Shown piece after piece: positions 1-8,055 of a stretch of DNA of 34,046 nt; the stretch's first letter is position 1, and every line of letters begins with the position of its first letter. The stretch covers positions 1-34,046 of the forward strand of contig CAYNLP010000008.1 of NCBI GenBank assembly GCA_964398115.1, in the 5' to 3' direction. This DNA is from an uncultured Methanosarcinales archaeon. Lineage in GTDB: Archaea; Nanobdellota; Nanobdellia; Woesearchaeales; CAYNLP01. A program made the position numbers and the translations under genes. The notes below the pieces were generated by a model. The model was given only the letters and a program-made list of their open reading frames with translations, made no database searches and was not told the origin of the DNA.

Positions 1-380
1 CCTGTTGCTGGTACGCTTTTTCCGAAGAATCTGGCTAGTTGTGCCATTAGTCTATATTCTGTATCTGCTACTTTGTTGAGTTTGCAGTTTACGTAGAAAA
101 CTTCTAGTGGTACGTCTTTGTTGCGTGCTACTTGCATTAATTGGTTGGTGGTGTGTTTGATCGTTAAAGTTTTTCCTGTTCCAGTTTTTCCATATACGAA
201 TAAGTTGCTGGGTCGTTCGCCTCGTAGTGCTGGTGCTAGTATGCTAGAAATTTCTTTTATTTGTGATTCTCTGTGTTCTACTTCGTCTGGTACGTAGTTG
301 CTTTGTAGTGCTTTTTTATTAGTGAATATACTTTCTTTTTGTAAGAAGTCTTCGAAGTAATTTCTTAAGTTGTCCCCCAT
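1..380 (-). CDS. cdc6: Orc1/Cdc6 replication initiator, 5' part (runs off the left edge)
   Basis: Manual minus-strand translation from ATG at 380: MGDNLRNYFEDFLQKESIFTNKKALQSNYVPDEVEHRESQIKEISSILAPALRGERPSNLFVYGKTGTGKT...YVNC. This has the typical Cdc6 N-terminus and Walker A motif. Not in the ORF track. Confidence 0.96.
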   Translation of the reverse strand, partial: MGDNLRNYFEDFLQKESIFTNKKALQSNYVPDEVEHRESQIKEISSILAPALRGERPSNLFVYGKTGTGKTLTIKHTTNQLMQVARNKDVPLEVFYVNCKLNKVADTEYRLMAQLARFFGKSVPAT

Positions 381-387
381 CGTAAAG

Positions 388-406
388 TTTCCAAATGAAG
401 TAGGGG
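388..406 (+). promoter_or_regulatory. ORB-like element 1
   Basis: TTTCCAAATGAAGTAGGGG. Confidence 0.75.
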
Positions 407-414
407 TATATAAA
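407..414 (-). promoter_or_regulatory. TATA box of cdc6
   Basis: TTTATATA on the minus strand, 27 nt upstream of the cdc6 ATG. Confidence 0.7.
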
Positions 415-420
415 CTTTAT

Positions 421-433
421 TTTCATTTGGAAC
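421..433 (-). promoter_or_regulatory. Mini-ORB-like element 2
   Basis: GTTCCAAATGAAA on the minus strand. Its core TTCCAAATGAA is identical to element 1 and inverted; no G-string. Confidence 0.65.
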
Positions 434-488
434 ATATCTTGTTATATCTATAATTGAGAAAATTATTTTCTATATTGTATACCTCACA

Positions 489-508
489 CCCCTTCGTTTC
501 ATGTGGAG
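489..508 (-). promoter_or_regulatory. ORB-like element 3
   Basis: CTCCACATGAAACGAAGGGG on the minus strand. Confidence 0.8.
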
Positions 509-612
509 TGTTTAGAGGAGGGGAGGGGGTGAGTGTTTATTATATTATTATATTTCTATATTAACAATAAATAATAAATAAAGATGAAGACTGGTTCGGC
601 TTGGTTTTACTT

Positions 613-632
613 TTCCATATGAAATAGAGGGG
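613..632 (+). promoter_or_regulatory. ORB-like element 4
   Basis: TTCCATATGAAATAGAGGGG. Confidence 0.8.
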
Positions 633-686
633 TAGGACACTGTTTTTCAAAAGTAAGACTTTTATTTACTAAATAATTAATACAAG

Positions 687-980
687 ATGATGAGTATTAA
701 ACATCCTATTAGGGAAAGGATTTTAGAAAAATTATCCAGCGAGTTATCTAAAATTGTTATTAGTTTAGAAGAAGATCATAAAAGTCTAGAAGTTGCAAAG
801 AGTGAAGTTGATCAAGAGGTTGATAGTGTGAAGAAATATGTTGGTCAAAGTTTAGTAGATTTTAAGCGTCCTGTTGGTTCTGAAAATAGTGAACTTCATG
901 ATAGGAGTGTTAAAAAATTTCTTAGTAGGCTTGAGTCGATGAGGGAGCAGGCTTATGAACAAATTAAAAAATACAATTAA
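687..980 (+). CDS. Hypothetical helical protein
   Basis: 97-aa ORF with a TATA-like TTTTATT ~25 nt upstream; no family recognised. Confidence 0.6.
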   Translation: MMSIKHPIRERILEKLSSELSKIVISLEEDHKSLEVAKSEVDQEVDSVKKYVGQSLVDFKRPVGSENSELHDRSVKKFLSRLESMREQAYEQIKKYN

Positions 981-1073
981 TTTGTTCTTACTTTGAAATA
1001 ACAACAAAATCCAAACATTTAAATAAAAAACAAAATTAACCACTTCTACCAAGTAAAAAAGACGTGATAACTA

Positions 1074-1895
1074 ATGGTAGTTGAAGAAAAAACACTGAGA
1101 AAAATCAAAGAATTTGGACTCAACAGTTACGAAGCAAAAATATGGACAGCACTTCTCAGCAGAGGGGTGAGCACAGCAGGAGAAATTTCTGAAATAGCAA
1201 ACGTTCCAAGGAGTAGGAGCTACGACGTGTTAGAAAGTCTAGAGAAAAAAGGCTTCATAGTTATGAAAATCGGAAAACCAATACAATATATTGCAGTTCC
1301 ACCAGAAGAAGTACTAAACAGAGTTAAGAAAGATTTGAGAAGAGAAGCAGAAGAACAAGTAAAAGTTATAGAAGAATTCGAAAACAGTCAACTCTTAGAA
1401 CAACTCACAGAACTACACAGTACAGGAATAGATGCAGTAGACCCAACTGAAATAACAGGCTACTTGAAAGGCAGAGAAAACATCTACGATCATCTCCACA
1501 TGCTTTTCAAAAACGCTGATAACCAAATAAAAATGTCTTTAACTGAAGATGATATTGAAAACATGGGTAAAAACTTGAAAAGATCATTTACTAAAGTTGA
1601 AAACAATAACGTACAAGTAAGTATTAGTGCGTCAACTAGTCCAGATGAAATAAAAGACAGGGTTGGTTTTGAAATTCGAAACACCAACTTGAAAGGCAGA
1701 TTTATAATAATCGATAAAGAACAAGTTGTTTTCTACATAACAGAACAAGGAACACATCCAAAATATGAGACAGCGGTTTGGATTGAAAGCCCGGTTCTTG
1801 CTGAAACCTTCGAACACAACTTTAACACTAGTTGGAGTAAAGGAGAAGTAGAGACTAAAATTAAAACTGAGGTTACCAAGAAAAAAGGTGCTTAA
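1074..1895 (+). CDS. TrmB-family transcriptional regulator
   Basis: N-terminal wHTH FGLNSYEAKIWTALL...EISEIANVPRSRSYDVLESLEKKGFI...P.QY.AVPPE, plus a PLD-like C-terminal region (RFIIIDKEQ...AVWIES). Confidence 0.92.
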   Translation: MVVEEKTLRKIKEFGLNSYEAKIWTALLSRGVSTAGEISEIANVPRSRSYDVLESLEKKGFIVMKIGKPIQYIAVPPEEVLNRVKKDLRREAEEQVKVIEEFENSQLLEQLTELHSTGIDAVDPTEITGYLKGRENIYDHLHMLFKNADNQIKMSLTEDDIENMGKNLKRSFTKVENNNVQVSISASTSPDEIKDRVGFEIRNTNLKGRFIIIDKEQVVFYITEQGTHPKYETAVWIESPVLAETFEHNFNTSWSKGEVETKIKTEVTKKKGA

Positions 1896-1896
1896 A

Positions 1897-2424
1897 ATGC
1901 AAGACAGGGATTTTCACCCTGAGCAAGATGTTCCTCATTCTTATTTACAACAAATAGTTGAACAAGAAGGAGAACTATATGATTTACTTTCCACATGGGA
2001 CCGTTCAAACTTAATTGAAATTCAAGACCCTGTTTTTAACGGGCTTATCTTATATGGTGGCGATGTTGAACGTGAAGAAAGGATAAATATTGCGAATGTT
2101 AGCAACACACCTAGAACATGGGTTAAAAAAAGGGTGAGATCGAGTGGTGGTGTTAGAGCTAGACCTCCTATACAATATGAAGATAATTTAGATCAAGTAC
2201 TTAGAGAGTTGTCGGAACAAGCGATTAATGGTGAAGTGGATGAAGACCTTTACTTAGATTTACAACGAGGAAAAAAGTTTATTGGAACCCTGGTTTCACC
2301 TGTTTTAAAAGAGAGAGGAGTAAGATTATTTGATAAAATTAAAGATAGAGGGTCACGTTGGTACGAAGACTTTGATCTTAAAGAATGGGGTGTTCTTTAC
2401 ACCGGCCAACTATTAGAAAAATAA
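1897..2424 (+). CDS. Hypothetical protein
   Basis: ORF 1888-2424; the ATG at 1897, just after the TrmB stop, is the likelier start. No family recognised. Confidence 0.7.
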   Translation: MQDRDFHPEQDVPHSYLQQIVEQEGELYDLLSTWDRSNLIEIQDPVFNGLILYGGDVEREERINIANVSNTPRTWVKKRVRSSGGVRARPPIQYEDNLDQVLRELSEQAINGEVDEDLYLDLQRGKKFIGTLVSPVLKERGVRLFDKIKDRGSRWYEDFDLKEWGVLYTGQLLEK

Positions 2425-2463
2425 CTCATTAACTTTTTATTACTTACCACTTTCTTATTTTTT

Positions 2464-3144
2464 ATGCAAGTTGAAAATATCAAGTTCATAAGCACTTCTC
2501 ACATCGCTACAGAATCTGTTGAAGAGATTAGAGAAGCTTTTGAAGAGTACAAACCTGACATTGTAGCGGTTGAGTTAGATCCGCAGAGGCTGCAGAGTTT
2601 GATGATGGATCAACGAACAAGCCATCCTCCTACTTTAATTGCTAAAGTTGGACTTCTTGGTTATTTATTTGCTCTCATCGGCAGTTTCATGCAGAGAAAG
2701 TTAGGTAGTGTCGTTGGCACAAAGCCAGGAGAAGAAATGCTAGCAGCTGTTAACTTATCTAGGGCGAACGAGGCTGAACTTCACTTGATAGATCAAAATG
2801 TTGAGGTGACGTTGAAGAAACTTTCGAATCAAGTACCTTTTAGTGAAAAGATGAAAGTATTGTGGGAGTTATTAACAGGTTTTTTCCAAAATGATAGAGA
2901 AAGATTAGATATTGATTTAGATAAAGTTCCTAAAGAAGAAATAATTGAAAAACTTTCTGCTGAGTTAGAAGAAAAGTTCCCTCACATTTATAATGTGTTG
3001 GTTGAGCAAAGGAACGTTATAATGGTGAACAACTTAGAGGCTATCTCTAGGCAAAATCCTGAAAGTAAAATTTTAGCTGTGATTGGAGCTGGTCATACAA
3101 AAGAGATGGTTGAGTTATTAGAGGATCGTTTTGAAGAAAAATAA
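2464..3144 (+). CDS. TraB/PrgY/GumN-family protein
   Basis: Motifs TSH, PDIVAVELD..R, PGEEM..A, LIDQ, QRN..M and AVIGAGH. Confidence 0.9.
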   Translation: MQVENIKFISTSHIATESVEEIREAFEEYKPDIVAVELDPQRLQSLMMDQRTSHPPTLIAKVGLLGYLFALIGSFMQRKLGSVVGTKPGEEMLAAVNLSRANEAELHLIDQNVEVTLKKLSNQVPFSEKMKVLWELLTGFFQNDRERLDIDLDKVPKEEIIEKLSAELEEKFPHIYNVLVEQRNVIMVNNLEAISRQNPESKILAVIGAGHTKEMVELLEDRFEEK

Positions 3145-3147
3145 ATC

Positions 3148-3163
3148 TTTTCTATATTGAAAA
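3148..3163. repeat. Dispersed 16-bp palindrome, copy 1
   Basis: TTTTCTATATTGAAAA, between convergent genes. Confidence 0.85.
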
Positions 3164-3338
3164 AATAAAGTATATAAATATAAGTTTCACCCTCTATTTG
3201 CTCTTGAAGTTCCTTTTTCTCCTTCTCCAACTTTTGGGTATCAAGAAGGACTAGGTTTATACCTACTTCAAAAACCCTAAAACGAGTTCTGAAAAGCCTA
3301 AGAGTTGTATGGAGAACACGTATCTCTTTACACCACCA

Positions 3339-3947
3339 CTAAGTTAGCAGTTTCTTTCTTAAGTAGTAGAAAGTAGAGATGCTGATCACCAACATTATCG
3401 ACGCGTAAATAATTCGAAAAACTACGTTGGGGGGGTTCGTTTCAAACACAGTGTAAAAGTTGAAAATTTGTAATAACCCTATCAAAATCGCAGCCACTTT
3501 CCCCATCACCCAACCTGCCATACTCTTTTGAAGTATGAAGACGCCGCTAGTTATTTGGAACAATCCAAAGAGAAAGAACACTGTTCCTAACGCAACGTTA
3601 TATACTGGTAGAGGTGCAAGACCGAAGAGTTGTCCTAATAATGCTCCGGTGTATGACCATAAAGACACTGTTACTTTAGACAAAGGAAATGTGTTAGTTG
3701 ATATGAACAAGAACGTGCTTCGGAATGTGAAAATGGTCCCCATCAAGATGAAGAATCCGCTGATGATTGGTAAAGTATATTTTTCATAGCTATCTCGTTC
3801 TTGTAAAATCTTTTCAGCTTCTACTATGCTGTCATCTACTTCTTCTTCAGGCCATCCTTCTTCTAACAGGACGTCTCTTATTTGTTCTAACTCGAAACCC
3901 TCTTTTTTCTGGGCAACGACGTAGTTGATAACTTCTTCGCTTGCCAC
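3339..3947 (-). CDS. Hypothetical membrane protein with a small N-terminal helical domain
   Basis: N-terminus EEVINYV...GFELEQIRDVLLEEGWPEEEVDDSI, a pattern frequent in DPANN/CPR proteins, followed by about four hydrophobic segments. Confidence 0.8.
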   Translation of the reverse strand: MASEEVINYVVAQKKEGFELEQIRDVLLEEGWPEEEVDDSIVEAEKILQERDSYEKYTLPIISGFFILMGTIFTFRSTFLFISTNTFPLSKVTVSLWSYTGALLGQLFGLAPLPVYNVALGTVFFLFGLFQITSGVFILQKSMAGWVMGKVAAILIGLLQIFNFYTVFETNPPNVVFRIIYASIMLVISISTFYYLRKKLLT

Positions 3948-3993
3948 GTTATCTTTAAGGTTTCATCTTGTATTTAAATCGTTCCGTTATTTA

Positions 3994-4009
3994 TTTTCCA
4001 TATTGAAAA
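3994..4009. repeat. Dispersed 16-bp palindrome, copy 2
   Basis: TTTTCCATATTGAAAA, between divergent genes. Confidence 0.85.
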
Positions 4010-4062
4010 TAAAAGTTCAGGTGGACGTAAAACTTTTTTACCTTCAAAAACATACCCAAATT

Positions 4063-5337
4063 ATGAAATCTGCTTTCATCTTCCGAAGAGACTTAAGAAC
4101 ACACGACAACACCGGATTGATAAAAGCCTTGAAAGAAACAGGAAAAGTCCATCCTTGTTTTTTCTTCGACCCTAGACAATTACAAGATAATGAATATTTT
4201 AGCCCGAAAAGTTACGAGTTCATGAAAGAAAGCCTAGAAGAATTGAAAGAAAAAATACCTGAACTTACCTTCTACAAAGGACAACCACACAAACACGTTT
4301 CCGAACTAAACGTAGACAAGATTTACGTAAACAAAGACTACACACCTTTCAGTAAAAAACGAGATAAAAAGTTGAGAAAAGCATGTGGAGAAAATAATGT
4401 TGAATTCGTTCAAGAAACTGACTTACTACTAACAGAACCAGATGAGTTCACCACCAATAAAGGTGAGCCTTACAAAGTCTTCACTTACTTTTACAAAAAA
4501 GCCAAAGAGAAAGAAATCTCTAAACCTGTAGAGAACAACTACGATAATTATGTTGGCGGTGAAAGTGTAGAAATTCCTAATTTAGGGGAAAGTTTTCCTT
4601 TCAAAGCAGGAAGACAAGCAGGTTTAGAAAAATTGCAAAACTTAGATGTGGATTATGACAGAAAAGATTATCCTGCAGAAGATAACACAACAAGGTTAAG
4701 TCCGCATTTGAAGTTTGGAACTTTAAGTGTGAGAGAAGTATACCACGAAGTGAATGAATCGATAAGAAGACAACTTTTCTGGAGAGATTTCTTCACACAT
4801 GTAGCATCCCACTGGCCGAGAGTTTTTGGCAATAACTTTAATGAAAAATATGACGCTTTGGAATGGAGTTATGACAAAGAAGATTTCAAAAAATGGTGTG
4901 ATGGAAAAACAGGCTTCCCAATCGTGGATGCGGGTATGAGACAATTAAACAAAACAGGATGGATGCACAACAGAGTACGTATGATAGTAGCGAGTTTCTT
5001 AACCAAAGACTTACACATCGATTGGAGATGGGGAGAGAAATACTTTGCACAAAAACTTGTAGATTACGATCCTTGCTTAAACAACGGCAATTGGCAGTGG
5101 GCAGCCAGTACAGGATGCGACGCCCAACCCTACTTCAGAATTTTCAACCCTTGGAGTCAGCAAGAAAAATATGATCCAGAAGCAACTTACGTAAAAAAGT
5201 GGGTTGAAGAATTACAAGACGTAAATCCTAACGTGATACATCGCTTATATGAAGAAAGCGTTGAAAACTATCCAACACCGATGGTGAATCACAAAGAAGA
5301 AAGTGAGAAAGCAAAGTCTAAGTTTAAATCACTCTGA
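4063..5337 (+). CDS. phrB: Deoxyribodipyrimidine photolyase (class I CPD type)
   Basis: FRRDLRTHDN, TRLSPHLKFGTLS, RQLFWRDF, GKTGFPIVDAGMRQL..TGWMHNRVRMIVASFL, NNGNWQW, YFRIFNP. Start placed at ATG 4063. Confidence 0.96.
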   Translation: MKSAFIFRRDLRTHDNTGLIKALKETGKVHPCFFFDPRQLQDNEYFSPKSYEFMKESLEELKEKIPELTFYKGQPHKHVSELNVDKIYVNKDYTPFSKKRDKKLRKACGENNVEFVQETDLLLTEPDEFTTNKGEPYKVFTYFYKKAKEKEISKPVENNYDNYVGGESVEIPNLGESFPFKAGRQAGLEKLQNLDVDYDRKDYPAEDNTTRLSPHLKFGTLSVREVYHEVNESIRRQLFWRDFFTHVASHWPRVFGNNFNEKYDALEWSYDKEDFKKWCDGKTGFPIVDAGMRQLNKTGWMHNRVRMIVASFLTKDLHIDWRWGEKYFAQKLVDYDPCLNNGNWQWAASTGCDAQPYFRIFNPWSQQEKYDPEATYVKKWVEELQDVNPNVIHRLYEESVENYPTPMVNHKEESEKAKSKFKSL

Positions 5338-5532
5338 ATGTTTCTGGATAACGTCATAAGTTATGTAGAACGCACTTATTCCAATTAACAAGTAGATGGT
5401 AGTTACCAGGCCAGGTGCGAATCCAAGCCATTCACTCACAAAGTTGTATCTGAAAGCTCCTATAGTACCCCAGTTCAATCCACCTATAAGGATTAAAATG
5501 TAAGCGATTCCTTCCAACGCGTTTTTATTCAT
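5329..5532 (-). CDS. DUF378-family small membrane protein
   Basis: IAYILILIGGLNWG.IG.F.YNFV...IY.LIGISA pattern. Confidence 0.85.
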   Translation of the reverse strand: MNKNALEGIAYILILIGGLNWGTIGAFRYNFVSEWLGFAPGLVTTIYLLIGISAFYITYDVIQKHSE

Positions 5533-5579
5533 ATCCTTACTTTGAGCGTTTCTAATTTATATTATTTACCCAACATTTC

Positions 5580-5595
5580 TTTTCCATATAGAAAA
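5580..5595. repeat. Dispersed 16-bp palindrome, copy 3
   Basis: TTTTCCATATAGAAAA; 5577-5601 is identical to 33827-33851. Confidence 0.85.
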
Positions 5596-5648
5596 TAAAT
5601 ATTATGTAGGGTTTCCAACTAGGCAATCTTTAGAAAACCAGCTTTAAC

Positions 5649-6515
5649 TTATTTCAAATTTTCTTCTAAAAAGTTCAAAGTTCTATTCCAAGCATCTCTC
5701 GTTTCTTCAGGTGCAAACCTTTCACCACTCGGATTAGCAAATGCGTGTCCTACACCCTCATAAATGTAAATCTGTTTTTCCTTACCAAGCTCTGTCAAAC
5801 TTTGATTGAAACCCTTCACCATTTCTGGATTGATATTACCATCTTCTCCTCCAAATATTCCGAGCACCGGCCATTGTATTCTTTCAAGTTCGGTTTGATT
5901 ATCGGTTAAAGTCCCATAATAAATCACTGTGCCTGCTAACGGTTCTCCACTAAGTGATAGTTGCAAGCTCATACCACCGCCAAAGCACCAACCAAGTGAA
6001 GCTACATTTTCACCATCCACATAAGACCGGTCTTTAAGCCACTCGGTCGCGTCTTCCATCTCTTGCACATGTGTTTCCAAATTATTCCTTACTTCTCCAG
6101 ACAACTCACCAGCTCTTTGACTAGTCTCAGCAACACTGCCATTATACAAGTCTACAGCGAGGACAGCGTAGCCATGGCTGGCAAGAATGTCTGCCATGTA
6201 TTTAATTCCTGAATTTAAACCCCACCATTCGTGGATCATAACCACTCCAGGGTAAGTTCCATTATCTGAGGGTCTAGCCAAATAACCTTTGAAATTACCC
6301 TGGTCAATATTTTCAGAAATGATTTTCTCCTCTAAATTATCTACGTGGAACATATCCGCGTTTTGAAACTCTGCAGGTTTACAAGTCCCGCTTTCATTTA
6401 TTTCGTTCGGAGCACAGCCAATGTGTGCGTTGTTCTCCATACTAGGACTTGGTTGAGTCTGACAAGCAGATACTAGGAGTAAAATGGTTAGCAAAGATAA
6501 TATTAGCTTTTTCAT
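5649..6515 (-). CDS. Dienelactone hydrolase-family lipoprotein
   Basis: Signal peptide with lipobox (LLVSAC), IHEWWGLN, nucleophile motif GWCFGG, and GHAFANP. Confidence 0.93.
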   Translation of the reverse strand: MKKLILSLLTILLLVSACQTQPSPSMENNAHIGCAPNEINESGTCKPAEFQNADMFHVDNLEEKIISENIDQGNFKGYLARPSDNGTYPGVVMIHEWWGLNSGIKYMADILASHGYAVLAVDLYNGSVAETSQRAGELSGEVRNNLETHVQEMEDATEWLKDRSYVDGENVASLGWCFGGGMSLQLSLSGEPLAGTVIYYGTLTDNQTELERIQWPVLGIFGGEDGNINPEMVKGFNQSLTELGKEKQIYIYEGVGHAFANPSGERFAPEETRDAWNRTLNFLEENLK

Positions 6516-6557
6516 AACTTGAAGGAAATACTTTGATATTTATATATTCTTTAATTC

Positions 6558-6573
6558 TTTTCAATATTGAAAA
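6558..6573. repeat. Dispersed 16-bp palindrome, copy 4
   Basis: TTTTCAATATTGAAAA is a perfect palindrome; it extends to a near-perfect 30-bp palindrome at 6551-6580. Confidence 0.88.
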
Positions 6574-6588
6574 CAATTAAGGGTTCTT

Positions 6589-6879
6589 CTAATCTTCTTG
6601 CTCTTTCAAAACTTTCAATATCTTTGTTTCAACAGGTTTCGTTGTTTCATAAGCCTCTGCCACACCATCGGCGAAATCAGAACTTAGGTAATTCTCAATT
6701 TGCTCTCTACTTTCAAATTCAAATATTCCTTGAAAGACATCGCTGTCCTCATCATAGGTCCAGAATTTTTTCATCAAACCAGGGACTGTCAAGAAATGAT
6801 CAGACCTTTCTTCAGCTCTTCCCATAACCTCTTCTTTCGGAAGGTCGGTTTTTATTTCTGTAACCAGCAAATGTTTCAT
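6589..6879 (-). CDS. YdhR-like / ABM-fold putative monooxygenase
   Basis: VPGLMKKFW..DE......GIFEFESRE..ENYL.S pattern; 96 aa. Confidence 0.75.
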   Translation of the reverse strand: MKHLLVTEIKTDLPKEEVMGRAEERSDHFLTVPGLMKKFWTYDEDSDVFQGIFEFESREQIENYLSSDFADGVAEAYETTKPVETKILKVLKEQED

Positions 6880-6975
6880 ATGTTCTTCTTCATCAGCTTT
6901 GTTTTATTAATCTTAAGTTTAGCACTGGACATGTGTACGCGTGAAACTTATAACCTAGCTAAAACCCAACGAGTT

Positions 6976-7113
6976 ATGATTCTAGAAGAGGAAACAAAAG
7001 AGGTGGGAGAGAACCCTGAACACAGACAAACAGGCTTTCTCTGGTCAAGAACTATGCTAACCCCTAACAAATTCGCTCTCCCTCTCTTTAATCCTCACCA
7101 GAAAAAAGATTAA
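6976..7113 (+). CDS. Possible small ORF or gene remnant (45 aa)
   Basis: MILEEETKEVGENPE..., preceded by TATA-like CTTATAA ~25 nt upstream. Confidence 0.3.
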   Translation: MILEEETKEVGENPEHRQTGFLWSRTMLTPNKFALPLFNPHQKKD

Positions 7114-7177
7114 GTCTTCTATTTTCGCGACCAAGTTGTGCTCACAAAAAAGTTATTAAAATCTTCAGACTTTCTTA

Positions 7178-7596
7178 ATGTATGGAAAAACTGTTCTGGG
7201 CGTTTTTACGGTGGATTACAACGCTGAGACTTTAATCGATAAGTTGTTAGAAGACAAGAAAGATGGTTTTGACCTGGAACTAGAGTGGGTGTTGAAAGGC
7301 AAGAATTAGAATCTTTGCTACAAGACTTTCTAGACAAAGCGGTAAATCTCTCTGGATATGAAGAAGAACAATTACGAGACGCGGCTATTGAATTTGCATA
7401 CGTCACTTTAAGATTTAACTGGCCACCTGCCGTGACGTTCGAAAACATTCCTTTCAAAGGTGGAGACGATGAAAAAGGTTTTTATGAAAGAGGGAAGTAC
7501 TTTAGTGAAGAAGGTCATCAATTGTTGAGAAAGCAGGATGGTTTGAGAAAAAACATGGACCGGTTGTATTATGAAAATGTGAAGAGGAAACTGTAA
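7178..7596 (+). pseudogene. Hypothetical gene split by an apparent frameshift
   Basis: ATG 7178 (TATA-like TTATTAAA upstream) gives MYGKTVLGVFTVDYNAETLIDKLLEDKKDGFD... ending near 7309. A second frame opens after the TGA at 7270 and runs to 7596. Confidence 0.5.
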
Positions 7597-7635
7597 CTTT
7601 AACTTATTTAAACTTCTTTTTTCTCCCTAAAAAAC

Positions 7636-7983
7636 ATGGTTCAAACTTTAGGAAAGATGTTGGATGAAGCATTGAAAGAAGCTGAACCCGTAACGAGAGA
7701 TAATTTTGAAGAAGTTCTTGAAGAAATAGAAAGAAAACTCCAGTTCATGCCCCAGGTTAATGTTTATGAAGAACCAATCGGGGGTTTAAGTGGGTGGGTG
7801 AAACAAGAAAATCCTGACGTTACATTCTATCAAGAAAACAGTTATGGAGTGATCGAAACTGGTGGTTCAATACCGATGAAAGTAAAACCAGGAAGTAGAT
7901 ATGGCAGGTTCAGACACGGCTTTGTAGTGCAAGGTTTTGCTGGAGTAAATCATTCTTTGCATAAAGCGTTCAGTTCACGCTAA
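7636..7983 (+). CDS. Hypothetical protein
   Basis: 115-aa ORF with a TTTAAA TATA box upstream. Confidence 0.7.
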   Translation: MVQTLGKMLDEALKEAEPVTRDNFEEVLEEIERKLQFMPQVNVYEEPIGGLSGWVKQENPDVTFYQENSYGVIETGGSIPMKVKPGSRYGRFRHGFVVQGFAGVNHSLHKAFSSR

Positions 7984-7992
7984 AAAACTTTC

Positions 7993-8008
7993 TTTTCCAT
8001 ATAGAAAA
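7993..8008. repeat. Dispersed 16-bp palindrome, copy 5
   Basis: TTTTCCATATAGAAAA. Confidence 0.85.
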
Positions 8009-8055
8009 CAATTATTGGAAATATATTTAAGATAACAACCAGATAAGAAACCATT

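Larger units (their letters stand above)
381..686. other. Putative replication origin (oriC) with ORB elements and AT-rich unwinding regions
   Basis: Intergenic region directly upstream of cdc6 with four ORB-like TTCCAnnTGAA elements, three of them followed by a GGGG string, and AT-rich tracts at ~407-488 and ~535-585. Confidence 0.85.

Noticed and set aside
3925..4062. N-terminal extension of the photolyase
   Set aside because: It overlaps the divergent gene start and promoter region. The family motif FRRDLR begins right after ATG 4063.
7176..7190. TATGGAAAAA as an additional palindrome copy
   Set aside because: Only a half-site, lying in the first codons of an ORF; the other arm is missing.
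3148..8008. Palindromes as a CRISPR array or IS terminal repeats
   Set aside because: Spacing is 0.8-1.6 kb with whole genes in between, and there are no cas genes, transposase or target-site duplications.
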